From contig NC_002937.3 in the NCBI RefSeq assembly GCF_000195755.1, forward strand, positions 1,260,001-1,292,000: a DNA stretch of 32,000 nucleotides, given 5' to 3'. The notes under the pieces were generated by a model. The model was given only the letters and a program-made list of their open reading frames with translations, had not been told where the DNA came from and ran no database searches. Shown one piece after another: positions 17,326 to 27,101 of this stretch. This DNA comes from Nitratidesulfovibrio vulgaris str. Hildenborough. GTDB lineage: Bacteria > Desulfobacterota > Desulfovibrionia > Desulfovibrionales > Desulfovibrionaceae. Position numbers and translations under genes: made by a program. Position 1 is the stretch's first letter. The number at the start of each line of letters is the position of its first letter.

Positions 17326-17351
17326 CCCGCGTCACCACTACAGGAATCCCC

Positions 17352-18521
17352 ATGAACAATGTGCCCAGCGGACGCCATCACGTCTCGACCTCCCGCAATC
17401 TCTTCGCCTGGTTCCTCTTCGCCCTGCTGCTGCTTTCGCTGTATCTCAGTTATCAGCTTGTGGCCCCGTTCCTGCACACCATAATCCTCTCCAGCGTGTT
17501 CAGTGCCAGCATCTACCCGTTCTACCGCAGGCTGACGTCATACCTTGGCGAGAGGCCGGTGCCCGCAGCGCTACTGGTGCTTGCAGGCGTGGTGATTCTG
17601 GTCGTCATCCCTGTCGTCGTCTTCGTCATCGGCCTCATTCCGCAGGCGGTGGCTTCGGTGTCCGCCATCACGCGCTGGCTGGCAGGGCATGGCGGTCTGG
17701 ACGGTCTCAACGACGCCGCCCTCGCGCCCTACATCGCATGGGTGCGCGAGAATCTGCCCTTCATCGACCCCGCCCAACTCGACGTGCGCAGTAGCCTTGT
17801 TCAGGCTTCAAGGGCGGCAGGGCAGACCCTGCTGCAGTGGGGAACGTACGTCCTCGGCAACACCCTGTTGCTGTTCGGACATTTTCTGCTGCTTCTGCTG
17901 TGCATGTTCTTCATGCTGAAGGACGGGGCGTGGATGGTACAGCGTGTGCGGTATCTCTCGCCGTTGCGTATCGACCAGCAGGACCGCATCATCCTCGAAT
18001 TGCGCCGCGTGGGGCGTTCCGTCCTCGTGGGCGGACTTCTCGTCGCGGTCATCCAGGGGCTTCTCGGAGGCGTGGCGCTGGCTGCGGTGGGCATTCCGGC
18101 CCTGTTCTGGGGAACGCTGATGGCGTTCGCCTCTCTCGTGCCTGTTGTCGGCACAGGACTCGTGTGGGTTCCTGCCGTGTGCTACCTGCTGCTGACATCG
18201 CAGTGGGAGTCGGCCCTCTTCCTGTCACTCTGGTGCGGCATCGTGGTCGTGGGCGCGGACAGCATCCTCAGGCCCTACTTCATGCGTGGCGGCGTGGGGA
18301 TGCCCGTGTTCTTCATCTTCCTGTCCATCCTCGGAGGGGTCAAGGCCTTCGGGATGCTTGGCATTCTCGATGGCCCGCTGATTCTGAGCTTCACCGTGGT
18401 GATGCTCTCACTCTATGGGGACGAGTACCGCGACATCCTTGATGCCGGAAGCCTCGCACACTCTCGTGGGGCGGAGTGCGAAAAGGGTGAAGCCTCCGAG
18501 GAAGGGCCTGACGGCACGTAG
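17352..18521 (+). CDS. AI-2E family transporter (PerM/UPF0118 permease).
   Basis: A polytopic membrane protein with the family-typical C-terminal region (ADSILRPYFM...GGVKAFGMLGILDGPLIL). I trimmed the start to ATG 17352. The ORF track begins at 17217. Confidence 0.85.
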   Translation: MNNVPSGRHHVSTSRNLFAWFLFALLLLSLYLSYQLVAPFLHTIILSSVFSASIYPFYRRLTSYLGERPVPAALLVLAGVVILVVIPVVVFVIGLIPQAVASVSAITRWLAGHGGLDGLNDAALAPYIAWVRENLPFIDPAQLDVRSSLVQASRAAGQTLLQWGTYVLGNTLLLFGHFLLLLLCMFFMLKDGAWMVQRVRYLSPLRIDQQDRIILELRRVGRSVLVGGLLVAVIQGLLGGVALAAVGIPALFWGTLMAFASLVPVVGTGLVWVPAVCYLLLTSQWESALFLSLWCGIVVVGADSILRPYFMRGGVGMPVFFIFLSILGGVKAFGMLGILDGPLILSFTVVMLSLYGDEYRDILDAGSLAHSRGAECEKGEASEEGPDGT

Positions 18522-18750
18522 CCGTCAGGTTGCCAAGTCTTCTCGCTTCATCTACGAAGAGGGGGAGAGGTGCGCACGGATGCCCGTCCGCTTTTCTCGT
18601 GAATTTCCGGTCCTCTTCGTGGGATACCCCGCGTGACCGTAGTGCTTGAGGCATTATCCTCGGAGCATGGCCGCTTCGACCTGTATGGTTTTCTGTTGTG
18701 GATGTGCCGTCCTTTGGCCAGTAGACCTGCCTTCACGGGACTGACGACAC

Positions 18751-21531
18751 ATGAGCACTCTGCCCGATAGCCGCGAATCCCGTGAGATGCCTTCCGGTAA
18801 GGAAGGCGGTCTCCCCGGGAGTGCGCACGAAGCCCCGATTGTTGCCCGGGGGGATGTCTCGCGTTCCTCCGACAGCACCGGCCTTGAATATGCTTCGGCT
18901 GCAGCACCCGTGGGCGACTTGCTGCGGGCCGTACGTGGCGGCATGCATGGTGTGACGGCCTCCCGTGGGGGTGTGTCCGGTGCCAATGCCAGTGTGGGGG
19001 TGGCGGTTTTCGACGGTGCCGGCAACCTGCTGGAGATGAACCCGCAGCTGGCACGCCTTCTGGGGTGCGGTGACTGCCCGCCGCCTTCCCTCTTCTCTTC
19101 GGGTTTCGTCGGCCTTGAAGGCACGACAGAGGTCCTTTCGCTGTTCATGCGCATCGCAGCCGGAAAGGTTCCGGGGGGCATGTGCCGCAAGCGATTTTGC
19201 GGCGAGGGCGGCAAAACGTTCACTGCGCGGGTGACTCTCTACGCCGAACATGACATCTCTGGGCGCGTCGCACGCATCGTCAAACTGGTGCAGCCCGAGG
19301 CGGGAGAGGATGCCTCTGTTCCGGGGGCGGACGTGGCCGACAAGGTGCGCGCCGCACTCGACCTCATCGCCTACGCGCGTCTCAATGAACGTGACCTGCC
19401 TTCCCTGGTGGCGCGCTTCCATCGCATACTCCGGTCGCTGATGCCGTTCGAACATTGCTATGTCGCACTCTGCGACGGGCCGGGCGGCATGGTGAGTTAT
19501 CCCTACTATCGCGACATCGGTGTCGTCAGCCGCGATGCCCGCGCCTTCGGCGATGGCATCAGCGAGTACATCTACACGAACGGTGCTGCGCTGGTCCTTG
19601 ATGCGCAGGGGATAGAGTCGCTTGAGCGCGCGGGGCGCTTCCGCCTGCGTTGTGCGCGCCCTCGGCACTGGATAGGCGTTCCGCTGCGGACGCACGGGGG
19701 CGAGGTCATCGGTGTCTTCGCGGGCAAGAGTTATCGTGAGGGCGATGCCTACACGGTCGAAGACCGGTTGCTTCTCGAACTGGTCTCGGGACATGTGGCG
19801 GGGGCCATCATCGAGCGGCGCAAGGCGTTTGCGCTACAGGAAAGCGAAGCACGGTTCAGGGCCATCTTCGAGCATTCAGCCGCCGGCATCTGCCTAGTGG
19901 GGCGTGACGGCCTGCTGATGGATGCCAACCCTGCCTTCGAGGAACTGCTCGGGCTGACACGTGCCGAAGTGGTGGGGTGCCGCTTTGACGCCTTCCTGCC
20001 CGTGAAGGCCGCATCCGAGCTCGATTCCACCTGCCGCAGCTCTTTTGCCGAGGGGCGCGACACCGTGTCACTGCGGCTGCCGTTCCTGCGGGTGGATGGC
20101 GAGCAGCGTTGGGGCAGACAGATCGTCACCGCCGTGCGCGACGTGGCGGGTGATGTGGCCTTCGTGCTTGCGCAGGTCGAGGACATCACAGAGCAGCAGC
20201 AGACCGAGGCGCGGCTGACACGCATGGCCTTCCATGATGCGCTCACCGGCTTGCCCAACCGCGTTCTTTTCCTCGACAGGGTGGAGACGGCGCTGCGCCG
20301 CGCCCGTCGCCATGAGACCTACCATTTCGCCGTACTCTTTCTCGACCTCGACAGGTTCAAGGTCGTCAACGACAGTCTCGGTCACAAGGCGGGTGACGAG
20401 CTGTTGCGCCAGTTCGCAAGGCGTCTGGAACCCTGCCTGCGCGAGGTGGACACCATGGCGCGCTTCGGGGGAGACGAGTTCGCCATCCTGCTGGACGACA
20501 TGAGCGACGTTGACGAGTCGGTGAATATCATCGAGCGTCTTCAGGCTGCGTTGCGGCAGCCGTTCCTCGTGCAGGGGATGGAGGTCTACACCGGTGCCAG
20601 TATCGGGGCTGTGCTCCGCGCCCGCGACTACACGCAGGCGGAAGATATCCTGCGGGATGCCGATATCGCCATGTATCGCGCCAAGGATAGCGGCAAGGGC
20701 CGGTTCGTGGTGTTCGAGTCGAGTGCTGCTCCCGGGGCACAGGACATCCTGCGTCGCGAGAACGAATTGCGCAGGGCGCTCGATGGTGACGAGATCGAGC
20801 TGTACTTCCAGCCCATAGTGGCCTTGCGGACGGGACGCATCACCGGTCTCGAGGCTCTCGTGCGCTGGCAGCATCCCGAACAGGGGCTGCTGGCTCCCGG
20901 CACGTTCATCCCGCTGGCGGAAGAGTCCAATCTCATCTGCGACCTCGACATGCACGTCTTCCGCAAGGGATGCCTTGCCGTGGTGGCGCTGCAGGAGGCC
21001 TTCGAGGGGCCGCTGGCAGTCAACATCAATATCTCGGCCCGCAGCTTCCGCAGGCTACGCATGGTGCAGGACATCACGGACATCCTGCGCGAGACGGGAT
21101 GCCCGCCACAGATGGTGAAGCTCGAGATCACCGAGAACCTGCTGCTGACAGGGCTTGAAGTGACGGACAAGCTCTGGCGTCTCAAGGACCTTGGACTGTC
21201 CCTCGTGCTTGACGATTTCGGTACGGGCTATTCTTCGTTGAACTACCTGCGCCAGTTCCCCATGGATATCCTCAAGATAGACAGGTCGTTCATCAGTCGC
21301 GTGCACGAGGAGAGGGCGGCGAGGGGTATCGTTGAGTCCATCGCCAACCTCGGGCGCACGTTGGGTCTCGGAGTCGTCGCCGAAGGCATCGAGGTGTCGG
21401 AACAGGCAGAGATTCTGCTGGAAGTGGGCTGCCCGCACGGGCAGGGCTATTTCTATTCCCGCCCTCAACCGTTCGACCGGATGCTTCGCACGCTCGAACG
21501 ACGTCGCCCGTTGCCGTTGTCAGCAGGATAG
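18751..21531 (+). CDS. Multidomain c-di-GMP turnover protein: PAS-like, GAF, PAS, GGDEF and EAL.
   Basis: The GGDEF motif is intact (RFGGDEFAIL). EAL motifs are intact (EALVRWQHP, DDFGTGYSSLNYL, KIDRSF). A PAS segment (FRAIFEHSAAGICLV) and a GAF-like segment lie upstream. The start codon is not verified. Confidence 0.88.
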   Translation: MSTLPDSRESREMPSGKEGGLPGSAHEAPIVARGDVSRSSDSTGLEYASAAAPVGDLLRAVRGGMHGVTASRGGVSGANASVGVAVFDGAGNLLEMNPQLARLLGCGDCPPPSLFSSGFVGLEGTTEVLSLFMRIAAGKVPGGMCRKRFCGEGGKTFTARVTLYAEHDISGRVARIVKLVQPEAGEDASVPGADVADKVRAALDLIAYARLNERDLPSLVARFHRILRSLMPFEHCYVALCDGPGGMVSYPYYRDIGVVSRDARAFGDGISEYIYTNGAALVLDAQGIESLERAGRFRLRCARPRHWIGVPLRTHGGEVIGVFAGKSYREGDAYTVEDRLLLELVSGHVAGAIIERRKAFALQESEARFRAIFEHSAAGICLVGRDGLLMDANPAFEELLGLTRAEVVGCRFDAFLPVKAASELDSTCRSSFAEGRDTVSLRLPFLRVDGEQRWGRQIVTAVRDVAGDVAFVLAQVEDITEQQQTEARLTRMAFHDALTGLPNRVLFLDRVETALRRARRHETYHFAVLFLDLDRFKVVNDSLGHKAGDELLRQFARRLEPCLREVDTMARFGGDEFAILLDDMSDVDESVNIIERLQAALRQPFLVQGMEVYTGASIGAVLRARDYTQAEDILRDADIAMYRAKDSGKGRFVVFESSAAPGAQDILRRENELRRALDGDEIELYFQPIVALRTGRITGLEALVRWQHPEQGLLAPGTFIPLAEESNLICDLDMHVFRKGCLAVVALQEAFEGPLAVNINISARSFRRLRMVQDITDILRETGCPPQMVKLEITENLLLTGLEVTDKLWRLKDLGLSLVLDDFGTGYSSLNYLRQFPMDILKIDRSFISRVHEERAARGIVESIANLGRTLGLGVVAEGIEVSEQAEILLEVGCPHGQGYFYSRPQPFDRMLRTLERRRPLPLSAG

Positions 21532-21856
21532 GGCTGGCCCTCCCCCCCCTCGCGCATTCGCAAGCCGTATGAGGGGGAATGGGCGCATCCCATCACGTTG
21601 CGACCTCCTGTCTCCAGCTTCAAGCCGTGCCGGGTTCCGTATGCCCTAGCCGTCTGACAGGGGGGGCGACTCATTCCGTCACGCCGTGTCGGCGGCAAAT
21701 GCGGTTGCGCCTGAACTTGGGGGCAAGACCCGCCTGCGAAGAGCATGAACCGCCACGCCCGGTCCTTCCGTGACCATGGCCTCTCGTACGTTCCGGTCAC
21801 GGGCGCAAACGTCATGGACGGCCCGGCCCCGGTGCCGCTGTGGGGATTCGTCGAGA

Positions 21857-21890
21857 AAGCCCCCGCCCTTCTTCGGAAAGGCGGGGGCTT
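21857..21890 (-). terminator. Intrinsic terminator after lon.
   Basis: AAGCCCCCGCC, a 12-nt loop, GGCGGGGGCTT (11 bp). On the minus strand it is followed by TCT, making TTTCT with the two stem-terminal Ts. It lies 30 nt beyond the lon stop. Confidence 0.65.
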
Positions 21891-21919
21891 GTCATTCAGA
21901 CCTTGCAGCCGGTGTCGGT

Positions 21920-24490
21920 TCAGTTGGGCTTGAAGGCTACGGGCAGCACGTCGTCGATGTGCGATGCCAGATGCACTTCGATACGGCGCAGCAGGTCGGC
22001 GGGCACGTCTTCAAGGTCCTTGGCGTTCTGGGCGGGAATGACGACGTGCTTGAGACCACGCGCCACGCCTGCGAGAATCTTCTCCTTGATGCCGCCCACC
22101 GGCAGCACTCTGCCACGAAGGGTGATTTCACCCGTCATGCACAGGTCGCTGCGTACGGGTCTGCCCGTGAGTGCGGAGATGAGCGCGGTGACCAGTGTCA
22201 CACCTGCCGAAGGGCCGTCCTTGGGGGTCGCCCCTGCGGGGACGTGGATGTGCAGGTCGCGGTCTTCTGCGAAGCCGGGGTCGATGTCCAGTTCTTCTGC
22301 ACGGCTGCGGGCGTAACTCACGGCTGCCTGTGCGCTTTCCTTCATCACGTCGCCAAGCTGTCCGGTGAGGATGAGCTTGCCCTTACCCTTGAGGGGGGAG
22401 ACCTCGACATTGAGCACTTCACCGCCATAGGGCGTCCATGCAAGGCCGAGTGCCACACCGGGCAGCAGTTCCTTTTCGTGTTCATCTTCAAGGAAGCGGG
22501 GGGCACCAAGGAGTTTCTGGGTGAGCGCGGGCGTCACACGGAAGGGGCCTTTGGAGCCTTCAGCCTTGCGTCGTGCGAGTTTGCGGCATACCGAGCCTAT
22601 CTCGCGTTCGAGATTGCGGAGTCCCGCTTCGCGCGTGTAGCCCCGCACCAGCGTCTCTATGGCTGCGTCTCCGATGGTTATCTCGTTCTCTCCGAGGCCG
22701 TTGGATGTGGCCTGACGCGGGACGAGATGCCTGCGTGCGATGGCGACCTTCTCCTGCATGGTGTAGCCGGGGATGGAAATGATCTCCATCCGGTCGCGCA
22801 GCGGCGCGGGAATGGTATCGAGCTGGTTGGCCGTGCAGATGAACATGACCTTCGACAGGTCGAAGGGGACGTTCAGGTAATGGTCGCTGAACGACCAGTT
22901 CTGTTCCGGGTCGAGCACTTCGAGCAGGGCGGACGAAGGGTCGCCCCTGAAGTCGGCACCTATCTTGTCGATCTCGTCGAGCATGATGACCGGGTTGCGC
23001 GTGCCGCACTGCTTGAGGCTCTGGATGATGCGACCGGGCATGGAGCCTATGTAGGTGCGCCTGTGCCCGCGAATCTCGGCCTCGTCCCTCATGCCGCCCA
23101 GCGAGATGCGCTGGAACTTGCGGCCCAGTGTGCGGGCGATGGAACGCCCCAGCGAGGTCTTGCCCACGCCGGGAGGCCCGGCGAAGCACAGGATGGGGCC
23201 TTTCGAGTCCGGGTTGAGCTTGCGTACCGAAAGGTATTCGAGGATGCGGTCCTTGACCTTGTCGAGTCCGAAATGGTCCTCGTCGAGAATGACCTTGGCC
23301 TTGCGGATGTCGAGCCTGTCGCGCGAGAGCTTGCGCCACGGCAATTCCGAGAGCCATTCGAGATAGGTGCGGGTGACGGTGGCCTCGGACGAGTCGGGAT
23401 GCATGGCGGCGAGTCGGCGAAGCTGTTTGTCGGCCTCCTTGCGGACGTCCCGGGGCAGCTTGGCGATGTCGAGAGCACGGGCAAGTTCCTCGAGTTCTTC
23501 GTCCTCGTTGCCCGATTCCCCCAGTTCACGGCGAATGGCCTTGAGCTGCTCACGAAGGAAGTAGTCCTTCTGGGCCTTGTCCATGCCTTCGCGGGCCATG
23601 CTCTGTATCTTCGCCTGCATGGAGGCCACTTCGGCCTCCTTCATGAGCTGCTTGTTGACGAGTTCGAGTCTTGCCACAGGGTCCACGCATTCGAGGATGT
23701 CCTGTGCGTCGGAGACCTTCATGCGCAGGTTGGCCGCGATGAGGTCGGCGAGGCGTCCCGGTTCGTCGACGCTGTTGAGGACGGACATGATTTCCGACGT
23801 GGAGATGCCGCGCAGGGAGAGTATCTTTTCACTCTGCTCGCGCGCCGTGCGCATCATGGCCTCCTGCTCGACGGTCAGGGGGCCGCTGTCCACTTCCGGC
23901 ATGGGGGTGACCCGTGCGGAGATGTGCGGTTCCTCGGACGTGAAGGCGTCCACGTGTGCCCGCGTGACACCCTGTACCAGCACCTTGATGCGCCCGTCGG
24001 GCATCTTGAGCATGCGCATGATCATGACGACCGTGCCGGTGTGGTGCAGGTCGTCGGGGGTGGGGTCGTCCACCTGTTCGTCGTGCTGTGTGCAGACCAT
24101 GAGATAGCGGCTTCCGTTGAGGGCCGCGTCCACGGCTTGCACCGATTTCTCCCGCCCGACGAACAGGGGCAGAATCATGTAGTTGAACACCACCACGTCG
24201 CGTACGGGCAGGACAGGAAGCTCCTGCGGGATTTCAGGCGTCTCCTGTGCTGCGTCGTCTGATGCAGGCGAAGCGTCATCGGATTCGGGCGTACCCGCAT
24301 CGTCATCCGCCTCCGCGGCAGGGGCGTTCTCGTCATCCGCACCGGAGGCAGACTTGCCATCTGCTTCCGGGGTGTCGGCAGGTTGCACCGCCGCAAGTGT
24401 GTCACCGTCATCCACGACGGTGTCCGGCTTGTCGTCGGTGTCCACGGTGGCGATGGTCGTGCTTTTCGTGTCGTCGTTCGTATGGGTCAT
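21920..24490 (-). CDS. lon: ATP-dependent Lon protease (LonA) with a ~90-aa acidic N-terminal extension.
   Basis: Lon N-domain (LPVLPVRDVVVFNYMILPLFVGREKS), Walker A (GPPGVGKTS) and the protease serine motif (PKDGPSAGV). The ATG at 24490 overlaps the acyP stop as ATGA. Confidence 0.93.
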   Translation of the reverse strand: MTHTNDDTKSTTIATVDTDDKPDTVVDDGDTLAAVQPADTPEADGKSASGADDENAPAAEADDDAGTPESDDASPASDDAAQETPEIPQELPVLPVRDVVVFNYMILPLFVGREKSVQAVDAALNGSRYLMVCTQHDEQVDDPTPDDLHHTGTVVMIMRMLKMPDGRIKVLVQGVTRAHVDAFTSEEPHISARVTPMPEVDSGPLTVEQEAMMRTAREQSEKILSLRGISTSEIMSVLNSVDEPGRLADLIAANLRMKVSDAQDILECVDPVARLELVNKQLMKEAEVASMQAKIQSMAREGMDKAQKDYFLREQLKAIRRELGESGNEDEELEELARALDIAKLPRDVRKEADKQLRRLAAMHPDSSEATVTRTYLEWLSELPWRKLSRDRLDIRKAKVILDEDHFGLDKVKDRILEYLSVRKLNPDSKGPILCFAGPPGVGKTSLGRSIARTLGRKFQRISLGGMRDEAEIRGHRRTYIGSMPGRIIQSLKQCGTRNPVIMLDEIDKIGADFRGDPSSALLEVLDPEQNWSFSDHYLNVPFDLSKVMFICTANQLDTIPAPLRDRMEIISIPGYTMQEKVAIARRHLVPRQATSNGLGENEITIGDAAIETLVRGYTREAGLRNLEREIGSVCRKLARRKAEGSKGPFRVTPALTQKLLGAPRFLEDEHEKELLPGVALGLAWTPYGGEVLNVEVSPLKGKGKLILTGQLGDVMKESAQAAVSYARSRAEELDIDPGFAEDRDLHIHVPAGATPKDGPSAGVTLVTALISALTGRPVRSDLCMTGEITLRGRVLPVGGIKEKILAGVARGLKHVVIPAQNAKDLEDVPADLLRRIEVHLASHIDDVLPVAFKPN

Positions 24491-24789
24491 TCGCTGGCAC
24501 TCCCTGGTGCTCGGAAACGTATGTCGAAAGTGTCGGGTAGCGGGCCTTCATGGGCGGGGTCGTCATGTTTCACGACGTGGTCAACCCGGCTGAACATGGG
24601 ACCTTTGCGCAAGGCCGTCTCCAGTGTGGCGAGGGCCTCATCCGTCCCGTCGGCGCACAATCGCACCGTCCCGTCCGGTTCGTTGCGCACCCATCCGCGG
24701 AGGTCCAGGCGCAGGGCCGTTCGCCGTGTCCATGAACGAAAGCCCACGCCCTGGACACGGCCGATGACAGAATAGGAACGGCGGGGCAT
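24487..24789 (-). CDS. acyP: Acylphosphatase.
   Basis: VIGRVQGVGFRSWTRRTA...GWVRNEPDGTV signature. The ATG at 24789 is preceded by AGGAG. The ORF track extends to 24831. Confidence 0.85.
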   Translation of the reverse strand: MPRRSYSVIGRVQGVGFRSWTRRTALRLDLRGWVRNEPDGTVRLCADGTDEALATLETALRKGPMFSRVDHVVKHDDPAHEGPLPDTFDIRFRAPGSASE

Positions 24790-24797
24790 GAAAACTC

Positions 24798-25514
24798 CTA
24801 GAGCAGACCGTCTTCCTTCAGGCTGTAACAATCTTCGTCCGTCACGATGACATGGTCAAGTAGGCGGATGCCGAGCGTCAGCGCCGAACGCGAAAGCTGG
24901 CGGGTCACCTCGAAGTCGGGCTGCGATGGCACAGGGTTGCCACCGGGGTGGTTGTGCACGAGGATGATGCCCGATGCACTGCAACGCAGGGCCATCTCGA
25001 GCACATCACGCGGATAGATGACAGAGGCGTTGACCGTGCCCTTCGTGGCACGTTCCCACGCGATGAGTCTGTTCTGGTTGTCCAGAAGGGCCACCCATAC
25101 TTCCTCGTGCGGGCAGTTGCCAAGGCGCATCCGCGCCATCTCCGCCACCGACTGCGGGGTGCAAAGCACCTTGCGTTCCCGTGCAGGACTCTCTTCGTAT
25201 CGTGCCATGCATTCGCGCAGCAGAAGCCAGTAGTCCAGAAGCCCCGGCCCGAAGCCCTTCACCGAGAGAAGTTCCGGTGTCCGTGCATCGAGCACGCCCC
25301 GCAACGAGCCGAAACGGTGCAGCAGTTCCTTGGCCAGAGGCTTGGTATCACGCCGCAGGACGACAGTGCCGAGCAGCAGTTCCAGCAATTCATAGTCCCG
25401 CAGACCCGTACCGTCGACTCGCAGCCGTTCCCGCAATCGCTCCCTGTGGCCGTGGTAGTGTGGCTTGTCTGACATGATAAGTAGTTGTGACCATGGGGCA
25501 AGGGGTTGGGTCAC
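24798..25514 (-). CDS. radC: RadC-family (JAMM-motif) protein.
   Basis: HNHPGGNPVPSQPD JAMM motif and an N-terminal HhH-like region. The GTG at 25514 overlaps the holA stop as GTGA and is preceded by AAGGAG. ATG 25475 is an alternative start. Confidence 0.85.
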   Translation of the reverse strand: MTQPLAPWSQLLIMSDKPHYHGHRERLRERLRVDGTGLRDYELLELLLGTVVLRRDTKPLAKELLHRFGSLRGVLDARTPELLSVKGFGPGLLDYWLLLRECMARYEESPARERKVLCTPQSVAEMARMRLGNCPHEEVWVALLDNQNRLIAWERATKGTVNASVIYPRDVLEMALRCSASGIILVHNHPGGNPVPSQPDFEVTRQLSRSALTLGIRLLDHVIVTDEDCYSLKEDGLL

Positions 25515-26500
25515 ATTCTCCTTGTATGGCGTGGGACAGGGCGGGCGAAGACGGTGAACAGGCCCGCCACCAGTGCATCGAGAGACTGTTCGGGAGAACG
25601 TTCGCCGGTCTTGATGCCACGTTCGGCTTCAAGGGTCAGGTCGAGCATGCGGGTAAGCCCGCTGTAGCCGAGTTGCTGCGCAAGCTGTTGCTTGACGGGA
25701 AGCACCGACGGGGGAAGGCGTACCGGTTCGCCTGAAAGAAGTTGCCAGAGTTGACGCGTCTCCCGCAACAGCATGCCGATGAACGGAAAGACCATGCTGT
25801 CTCCGCCAAGCTTGTCCCGTTGCACCTGCCGCCATACGGCCTGTGCGTTGCCACCTTGCAGGGCCTTGATGAAGGCGAAGATGTCGAGGTCGGGCTCATG
25901 GCTGACCAGTTTGGCAAGTTCGGGGCCGAGCGTTGCGTCGAGGCCTGCGGCAAGCAGCAACTTGTCAAGTTCCGTGGCGGCGGCGGTGGCATCGGCGGGC
26001 ATCGCCGCGGCGATGGCGTCGAGTGCCCCGGGGGCGAAGCGCGCCCCGGCGTCGGTCGCCCGCTGCTGGAGAAATCGCCGGATGCCACGTTCGTCAAGAC
26101 CGGGACTGCGCCACACCCACCCTTTGCGTTCCGCGAAGTCAAGACAGCGAAGTTTGGCGATATGCGCCGGAATCTTGGGTTGCCCGCGTTCGAAGGGCAC
26201 TTCGAGGCAGAAGAAGGGCCATGAAAGAGGGTTGGGACGGGCGAGGGCTGTGGACAGGCGCTTCCATACGTCGGCGGGCAGGTTGTGGGCGTTGCGCACC
26301 ACAAGGGCGCGGGGGCTGCCGAAGAGCCCTTGCAGCGTGAGATGTTCCCAGAAGACGGGGGGAAGAGCCTCGTCGCCCCAGAACACCTGTCGCTCAAAAC
26401 AGGTTCCGCCGGTTTCGGTGGCGTTGACCAGCCCGGATATGTGGTCCTTGAGGAGGCGACTGTCGGGGCAGATGCAGAAGCTGAAGCCGGGTCTGTCCAT
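25511..26500 (-). CDS. holA: DNA polymerase III delta subunit (HolA).
   Basis: The call rests on size (329 aa after trimming to ATG 26500) and the conserved leuS-lptE-holA synteny. Sequence similarity was not verified. The longer ORF to 26791 would overlap lptE. Confidence 0.65.
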   Translation of the reverse strand: MDRPGFSFCICPDSRLLKDHISGLVNATETGGTCFERQVFWGDEALPPVFWEHLTLQGLFGSPRALVVRNAHNLPADVWKRLSTALARPNPLSWPFFCLEVPFERGQPKIPAHIAKLRCLDFAERKGWVWRSPGLDERGIRRFLQQRATDAGARFAPGALDAIAAAMPADATAAATELDKLLLAAGLDATLGPELAKLVSHEPDLDIFAFIKALQGGNAQAVWRQVQRDKLGGDSMVFPFIGMLLRETRQLWQLLSGEPVRLPPSVLPVKQQLAQQLGYSGLTRMLDLTLEAERGIKTGERSPEQSLDALVAGLFTVFARPVPRHTRRM

Positions 26501-26527
26501 ATTGCTGCTCGCACGGGAGAAATTGAA

Positions 26528-26554
26528 GGCCCGGAGACTCTTCGTCTCCGGGCC
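26528..26554 (-). promoter_or_regulatory. Perfect 11-bp stem-loop in the lptE-holA intercistronic gap; possible attenuator or terminator.
   Basis: GGCCCGGAGAC, loop TCTTC, GTCTCCGGGCC. On the minus strand it is followed by TTCAATTTCT. Confidence 0.4.
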
Positions 26555-26582
26555 CTGTATACATGAGGTCGCCTTGGAAGGT

Positions 26583-27101
26583 CTAGAAGTTGCGGCGCAT
26601 GGCGTCGGTAAGCTCACGCACCAGTTGCTTCGTAGACTCCTTGATGGCCGCCGCTTCGTCGTAGGTGTCGAGCAGGTCGCTGTAGTAGCGTACCCCCGAC
26701 TGCCATGCCACGGTGTTCGTCGAACCGTTGTACAGGATGAACTCCATCCCCATGACCGACGAATAGAGAATGGCGGTCGTCTGTCGGTCACCTGCCCAGC
26801 GACGCAGCGTCATCTGGGTGATGCGTATCTGCAACTCGTAGTCGGTGGGGCCGCTATCCTTCCAGACGGCGAGCTTGCGGGCACCTATCTCGTCACGAAC
26901 CTGCGAACGGATGATGTGCGGCAGATTCGCATACATGGTCGGGTTTTCGACCCCCTTGATCTTGAGGGTCTTTGTTCCGTCGCCGAGGGTGCTGGGCCCG
27001 TCGGCCGACAGCGTGTACCCTGCGCAGCCCGAAAGGACGAGCAGCGCGGCCATGCACAATAGGGCGGCCCGCAGGGGGGCCAGTCTAGCTGACGACCACA
27101 T
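26583..27101 (-). CDS. lptE: LPS-assembly lipoprotein LptE-like.
   Basis: Signal peptide with a lipobox (LLVLSGC), about 170 aa, located between leuS and holA. The start overlaps the leuS stop by 17 nt. Confidence 0.7.
   Translation of the reverse strand: MWSSARLAPLRAALLCMAALLVLSGCAGYTLSADGPSTLGDGTKTLKIKGVENPTMYANLPHIIRSQVRDEIGARKLAVWKDSGPTDYELQIRITQMTLRRWAGDRQTTAILYSSVMGMEFILYNGSTNTVAWQSGVRYYSDLLDTYDEAAAIKESTKQLVRELTDAMRRNF

Noticed and set aside
24798-25514. RadC as a marker of a mobile element or an anti-restriction cargo gene.
   Set aside because: Here radC is embedded in a conserved housekeeping block, start/stop-coupled to holA and followed by acyP-lon. It has host-like composition and no mobility genes nearby.
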